Shown here one piece after another: positions 57,169-64,000 of a stretch of 64,000 nt of DNA. Every line of letters starts with the position of its first letter. Position 1 is the stretch's first letter. A model generated the notes under the pieces. The model was not told the DNA's origin and made no database searches. It saw only the letters and a program-made list of their open reading frames with translations. The position numbers and the translations under genes were made by a program. This DNA comes from Octopus vulgaris (Eukaryota): the NCBI GenBank assembly GCA_951406725.2, contig OX597835.1, positions 47,802,001-47,866,000 of the forward strand, given 5' to 3'.

Positions 57169-57711
57169 TCATTATATCTATATATGTAATATGTCAATAA
57201 ACATGTGAATATATATATCCTTTTGTGTGTATATATGTATGTATATGTATATATATATATATATATATATGTATATGTAGGCTCACACACACACGCACAC
57301 ACACACACATATACACATCTTTTGTCTCATTGTTCAGAGTCCTCCACGAATATTTGATGTTGTTTGAGGGTGATTTATCCACTATTTCTAGCTGGTCGAA
57401 CAACTACATAGAATCTGCTTCATTTCTTTATTGCAGTGTTTGTTTGTTTGTCTTTTTTTTGCCCTAGGCCTACGCTTGCGAGTGGACTTACAATTAGAAC
57501 TGTTTCCAACCGTGACGCCCCAGTCATATCCTGTCTTTCTAATATCTAGGATTACAATAAACCCAATGAATCTTACCTCATTTATGATATTAAAGTACGT
57601 TTCAAAGGAAGATATGCTGTTATTTCTAGCAACTTAAGAAACCCTTTTAAGGTATTTCTCTTACTGTTGCTGTCTTATTTGCTGCAGTATACATCCGATA
57701 ATTAGTCAGAT

Positions 57712-57750
57712 AATGAAACGTTTCTGAACGAACGTTCATCGTCAGTAAAA
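57712..57750 (-). ncRNA. Hammerhead core with good stem II but no clear stem I
   Basis: Minus strand: CUGACGA-tgaac gttc gttca-GAAA-cg-UU. Confidence 0.4.
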
Positions 57751-58842
57751 AACCCAATTCTATTACGATGAAAGTAATGATCAACAAAAGTATAACCGTG
57801 GCTTATAGTGTAGCCTTGGTTAATTTCGAAATGTGTTTATGGATTGCAAATGCCATAATCGTATATCAGTTACTACCAGCCAAAAGTAGGGACATCAAAA
57901 ACGATGCTAAAGTGTGAGATAGCAACGTGTTAACACGTATAGCCCTTGCGGGAGATGTTGTTGAGGCAATGATCAGGAAAGACTCACAGCTAAATCCGTA
58001 AGTGGATTATCTTCAAGCTAAGCCATATCTCACTTTCATTCTATCTTTAAATTCTTTCTTTCTTCATTCTTTTCATTCCTTCTTCCTTTGATTTTTGTTT
58101 CTTTTTTCTGCCTCTTTCGAATCCTCTCTCTTATTTATCACTTTCCTTCTCTTCCTCTTTGTCTTTCATTCTTTCTTTCTTTCAGAAGCGATCTTTCTAT
58201 GTATGTATGTATGTATGTATGTATGTATGTATGTATGTATGTATGTATGTATCTATCTATCTATCTATCCATCCATCCATCTATTATAAATGTGTGTTCC
58301 TACCTGTGAATCTCTAGTACCTGCCTGCCTACCTACCTACCTACCTACCTACCTACCTACCTACCTACCATATGCATATATTTGCATATATATAGACGTA
58401 TATATACACATACATACGTGCATGTATACATACACAAAAATTTCCCACTTCATCATTCTTAATGTGTACCTTGAGAGCGTAAAGTGAGGGAAATTTGACT
58501 GCTACTTCTACCACATCGAACAACCTCATATAAACACCGTCCTTCTTCCATAGTTGTTTGGCCTTAAATCTATCCTGTCACCCCCAAATATAATGGAGAG
58601 CCTTCCAGCCTGATGATACGCCACCCATTTCTCAAACTGTAATATATCAAGCGTTACATTATCTAACGAGTGTTTTACATTATTTATGATACAAATGCTT
58701 GCTTAATAAAAGAATTGGCTCTCCTTCTCGCTCACACAACACCCCCGCTCCACCTGTATTATTCTTCGAAACAACCAAATGGAATTATAAAAGCTTTTGT
58801 GTCGTGACACTTTTGCCTTTGTATTTTGTAATACAATTATTA

Positions 58843-59005
58843 TTGGCAGAATCGTTAGCACGCCGAGCAAAATGCTTAGCGGTATTCCGTGCTTTGCCTT
58901 TCATACTATCGGGGTCGATAAGATGAGTGCCAGTTATGCACTGGGGTCGATGACATCGACAAGCCCCACCCTCAAAATTTCAGGCCTTATGCATATAGTA
59001 GAAAA
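58843..59005 (+). mobile_element. Short SINE family D (also ~60872-61030 plus, ~3700-3865 minus)
   Basis: Shared 'ggcagaatcgttagcacgccg..aaatgc', 'ggggtcgataa' and 'ggccttatgc' blocks. Confidence 0.55.
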
Positions 59006-59634
59006 TATTATTATTATTATTATTATTATTATTGAGTGAGAGCGCAATGCATGCCATCAAAGTGACACTGGGGTAAAATATAGGAAGCCTGGTATACCCA
59101 ACATGGCTTCACTTCTGATAAGCGTACACCATCCATCATAACATGCATCACAACTATAAGTGCGCGACATGGTGATCTTATATCAAGATAAACAGCACAT
59201 GACCTTGCAGGTGGGACCCAGTTAGTATTTTCTTAAGGTCGAGTAGCACATCCTGCTCAAAAGGTCCCTGAATAAGAGTTGCTTTAGGCTGTTGAACAAA
59301 ACATCCATATTTCCAGATGTGAATTATCCAAACCCCAAAGAATTCCTGTCAACACATGGCTATGATGCTCCCCCACTACTTCTGCTCGTGATCAGAGATG
59401 CACATATCGTAAGCCACTAAGGGACATGCTTAACTGGTGAAGGTCAAACAACTGACAAGCTCATCTGTGGTATTGAGCAAAATATTTGCTGTAGCCCATC
59501 TTTTATACCAAGACAAGTCAATGTACATGATAACACTTCCAATCATTTAAGATAAAAAGCCATGAGAGCCACTGCCACGTACTGCATCAAGGCATTTATT
59601 ATTATTATTATTATTGTTGTTGTTGTTGTTGTTG

Positions 59635-59679
<45 letters not shown>

Positions 59680-59681
59680 TT

Positions 59682-60136
59682 CAGTAGTCTTGTTTTTATA
59701 GCGTGCTTTCACTTCACTACCGAGCGCAGCTCTGTATGCCTTGGGTATGTGCTGTGATTTGTTGTGATGCTCAGATGGTTACTGTATTGAAAGTGTTTTG
59801 CGTAGGAAGTGTGCAGTGCCCAGTAGTGCAATTTTCTGTATGTTATATGGGTTTGTAAGTCCTGGTATTTTTGTTATATATTTGTCTGAATATTTTTACA
59901 TCATACCTAATGCGCCTACTATGATAGGAATTGTTTCTGTTTTTAGATTCCACATTCTGGTTACCTCTATTTCCAGGTCTTTGTATTTTGAAAGTTTCTC
60001 CATTTCTTTTAGAGACACGTTGTCATCTGCCGGTATTGATACATCAATTAGAAAGCATTTTTTTCTTCATGATCTCTGACAACTATATCGGGCCTATTGG
60101 CCTTAATTTCTCTGTGTGTATTGACATATCCCAGAC
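59682..60136 (-). mobile_element. R4/Dong-like LINE 3' fragment
   Basis: Close paralogue of 60285-60832, bounded by (TTA)n on both sides. Confidence 0.85.
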
Positions 60137-60257
<121 letters not shown>

Positions 60258-60283
60258 GTTATTGTTATTATTATTATTATTAT

Positions 60284-60832
60284 TCAGTAGTTTTATTTTT
60301 ATAGCGTGCTTTCACTTCACTACCGAGCGCAGCTCTGTGTGCCTTGGGTATGTGCTGTGATTTGTTGTGATGCTCTGATGGTTATTGTATGGAAAGTGTT
60401 CTGCGTAGGATGTGTGCAGTGCCTAGTAGTGCAATTTTCTGTATGTTATATATGTTTGTAAGTCCTGGTGTTTTTGTTATGTATTTGTCTGAATATTTTT
60501 TTATCATGCCTAATGCACCTACTATGAAAGGAATCGTTTCTGTTTTCAGATTCCACATTCTAGTTACCTCTATTTCCAGGTCTTTGTATTTTGAGAGTTT
60601 CTCCATTTCTTTTAGAGACACGTTGTCATCTGCCGGTATTGATACATCATTTAGAAAGCATTTTTTTTCTTCATCGTCTCTGACAACTATATCTGGTCTG
60701 TTGGCCTTAATTTCTCTATCTGTGTGTATCGGCATATCCCAGAGTATGGTTGCTTTCTCGTTTTCTGTGACCTTTTCTGGTGTGTGCCTATACCATCTTT
60801 TTTCTGTTGTTATTCCATAATGTTGGCATAGC
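60284..60832 (-). mobile_element. R4/Dong-like LINE 3' fragment (RLE endonuclease)
   Basis: ILWDMPIHTDREIKANRPDIVV..DVSIPADDN..EKLSKYKDL..IVGALG..LGTAHILRR (PD..D RLE motif), bounded by (TTA)n. Confidence 0.9.
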
Positions 60833-60872
<40 letters not shown>

Positions 60873-61032
60873 GGCAGCAACTGGCAGAATTTGTCGGTAT
60901 GTCGTCTGTCTTCACATTCTGAGTTCAAATTTCGCCGACTTTGCTTTTCATCCTTTCGGAGTCGATAATGTACCAGTGAAATACTGCTATGGACATAATT
61001 ACTAGGCCTTATGCCTATAGCAGCAAAAAAAT

Positions 61033-61098
<66 letters not shown>

Positions 61099-61707
61099 AT
61101 ATACTACTACATATACTACTACAAGTATTATTGCATTTGTGTTTGTTAATGTTTTTTCTTCGTTGTTTCGGTTAATTCTTATTATTCAAGTAAATCTGAA
61201 AAATACAATAAATAAAGAGAATATCAACAAATAACAGAGTTTCACTTTAAATGAATTTATTGTTATGATTTGCAATGTTTCTAGAAGGTTCTATCAAATA
61301 TCTAGGGACAATTCCGCCGTCTAGTTGGATAGTTCATTTGTTTAAGTGCCAGACCATTAGAAAAAAACACACAGAAAAGAAATAAAATGAAATAAAATAA
61401 AAAAAAATGAGGAACCACCATTTTGGATGAAATATAGCGAAAGGATATTATTGAGAAATTCTTCCGTTTTCCCCTTTCTTTTACATCCATTCATTGTTCT
61501 AAGCCGGTTCATATTTAACTGCTCTCACACACCGCGGTCTCTCAGTTGTCTCCCTTATGCGCCCTCTCTCTCTCTGTCTGTGTCTCTTATTCTCTCTATT
61601 TCTCCCCCATCTCCTTCCCTTTCTACTTTTGTTGAAGGTGTGAAATCAGCATTCATTTGCATTGAAATTTATGTCTGGGTGTGTATTCGTCTGTGCTTAT
61701 CAATCAG

Positions 61708-61825
<118 letters not shown>

Positions 61826-61830
61826 AATCA

Positions 61831-61897
<67 letters not shown>

Positions 61898-62100
61898 CTC
61901 TCCCCCTTTTTTTAACCCCCCTTTTTTTGTCCTCTTTCTCTCCTTTTACGATCCCTTTTGATCGACCCCCCTTTTTTATTTTATTTTATTTTTTATTTTA
62001 TTATTATTATTATTTATTTTTTTTTTAAACCTTCAAAAGAAAAGCTCTACCTTGTAATTTGTTCTATCTGTGTGCAGCCCTGTGTGGCTAATAAAGAAAC

Positions 62101-62141
<41 letters not shown>

Positions 62142-62594
62142 TGTGTGTGTGTATGTATGAAGATCACGTTTCGTCTACCTATCTCTCTTTATCTATCTGT
62201 CTCTATCTATCTATCTATCATTCTATCAGTCTGTCTGTCTGTCTGCCTGTCTATGCATTAATTCGTGTATGCGTGTATGTTGACGAGTATATATATGTAA
62301 ATGGACATAAAGGATATATGTATGCATGTATTCATGTATAAACACACATAGATGAACATGCGCACACAAACCCACATACATACACACACACACATACACG
62401 AACACATACACATTACTGGTTGTCGAACAGTAATAAATAGATATAAAGATATACAGACAGAATAAAGCAAGCAGCCAGGCAACTTGCTTGATAGACAGAC
62501 AGAAGGACAGACTGACAGATAGATAGACGAAGAGACATACACAAACACATACATACATACATACATACATACATACATACATACATACATACAT

Positions 62595-62631
<37 letters not shown>

Positions 62632-62688
62632 TAGACAGACGGGCAGACAGACAGACAGACAGACAGACAGATAGACAGACAGATAGAC

Positions 62689-62762
<74 letters not shown>

Positions 62763-63030
62763 ATTGGTAGTCAGATAGTGCAGTATATTAAATTATTCTT
62801 CCGTCGACAACTTTGAAATTAAAATTCAAAACTAAAACCTTGGGGATTTTTAATTTAGCTTATTCTGAGTACATGTCTGTCTGTCTGTATGTATGTACGA
62901 ATGAAAGGATAGATAAATGTGTGTATGTGTATGTATATATATGTGTGCGTATGCATATATGAATGCATGTATGTATGTATGTATGTATGTATGTATGTAT
63001 GTATATATATATATATACACACACACACAC

Positions 63031-63113
<83 letters not shown>

Positions 63114-63387
63114 CACACATACATATGTATGTGCCACTGTCTATACGTATACTCTCCTATATAATATAGACAATTGTAAGTCAAAGTATGATAGAATTTC
63201 GTAAACATGTTTGGAATGGTTTTGGTAATATAGGATGAAGTCTACCTGGATTCTTTGCACAAAGGAAAGAGATGAATTGGTTACTGTAGAATCCGTCGTG
63301 TTTGTATTTTTGTTTCTTACGTAAGAGAAATTATTGCATGTCCTTAATGTATATGGGGTGAGTGTTAAAGGAAGGTAAACAAATACG

Positions 63388-63802
63388 CATGGTGGTGGTG
63401 GTTGTGGTGGCGGTAGTGGTAGTGATGGTGATGGTGGTGGTGGTGGAGATGATGATGATGATGACGGCGACGATGACTATGGTGATGGTGGTGGTGGTGG
63501 TACTGATGATGGTGGTGGTGGTGGTGGTGGTAGTGGTGGCAGTGGTGGTGGTGCTACCGCTGCTGATGGCGGTGGCGGTGGAGGCGTGATGATGCTCATG
63601 ATGATGACCATGAGATAATGATGATGGTGATGACGATGAAGATGACGTTATTGATGTTAATGGTAATGAAGATAATGATGACGATGACGATGATGAGGCT
63701 GATGATGTCTCAGTAATGCTGATAAGGGGGGAGGAATGATGACGATGGCGGAGGAAGGATGATGCTGCTGGTGGTGGTGGTGGCAGTTCTAGTGTTAGTC
63801 GC

Positions 63803-63836
<34 letters not shown>

Positions 63837-64000
63837 GCGATGACGACGATGATGATGATGATGATGACGATGATGACGATGATGAGATGATGATGATGAT
63901 GATGATGATGGTGATGATGACGGTAGAAGGATGAGACTGCTGCTGGTGGTGGTGGTGATGATGATGATGATGGCGATGACGACGACGACGATGATGGTGA
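63388..64000. repeat. (GGT)n/(GAT)n low-complexity tract
   Basis: Seen directly. Confidence 0.9.

Overview
Eukaryotic, AT-rich, extremely microsatellite-dense intergenic or intronic DNA. The SINE families and repeat density resemble an Octopus/cephalopod genome (inference). No host protein-coding gene can be supported, and almost all listed ORFs are translations of (TA)n, (CA)n, (TACA)n, (TCTA)n and triplet repeats. The window is a mosaic of transposons: a near-intact Penelope-like retroelement (PLE; RT + GIY-YIG, 13.06-16.35 kb), decayed PLEs, R4/Dong-like LINE fragments in (TAA)n tracts, a CR1/L2-type LINE 3' end, Tc1/mariner relics, a fold-back MITE and many tRNA-derived SINEs. The main unexplained structure is RNA-level. 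A ~3.3 kb array of 479-480 bp non-coding units (43.5-46.8 kb, 5 head-to-tail units then an inversion) carries one type I hammerhead ribozyme fold per unit, i.e. a candidate non-LTR retrozyme/circular-RNA replicon. About ten more minimal hammerhead-like motifs with different catalytic-core variants (C3-G8, U3-A8, G3-C8) lie in short elements, mostly within (TA)n tracts. The PLE also shows an in-phase U_UUU_UUA heptamer linking an upstream ORF to the RT frame. All RNA folds were read by eye and none were computed.
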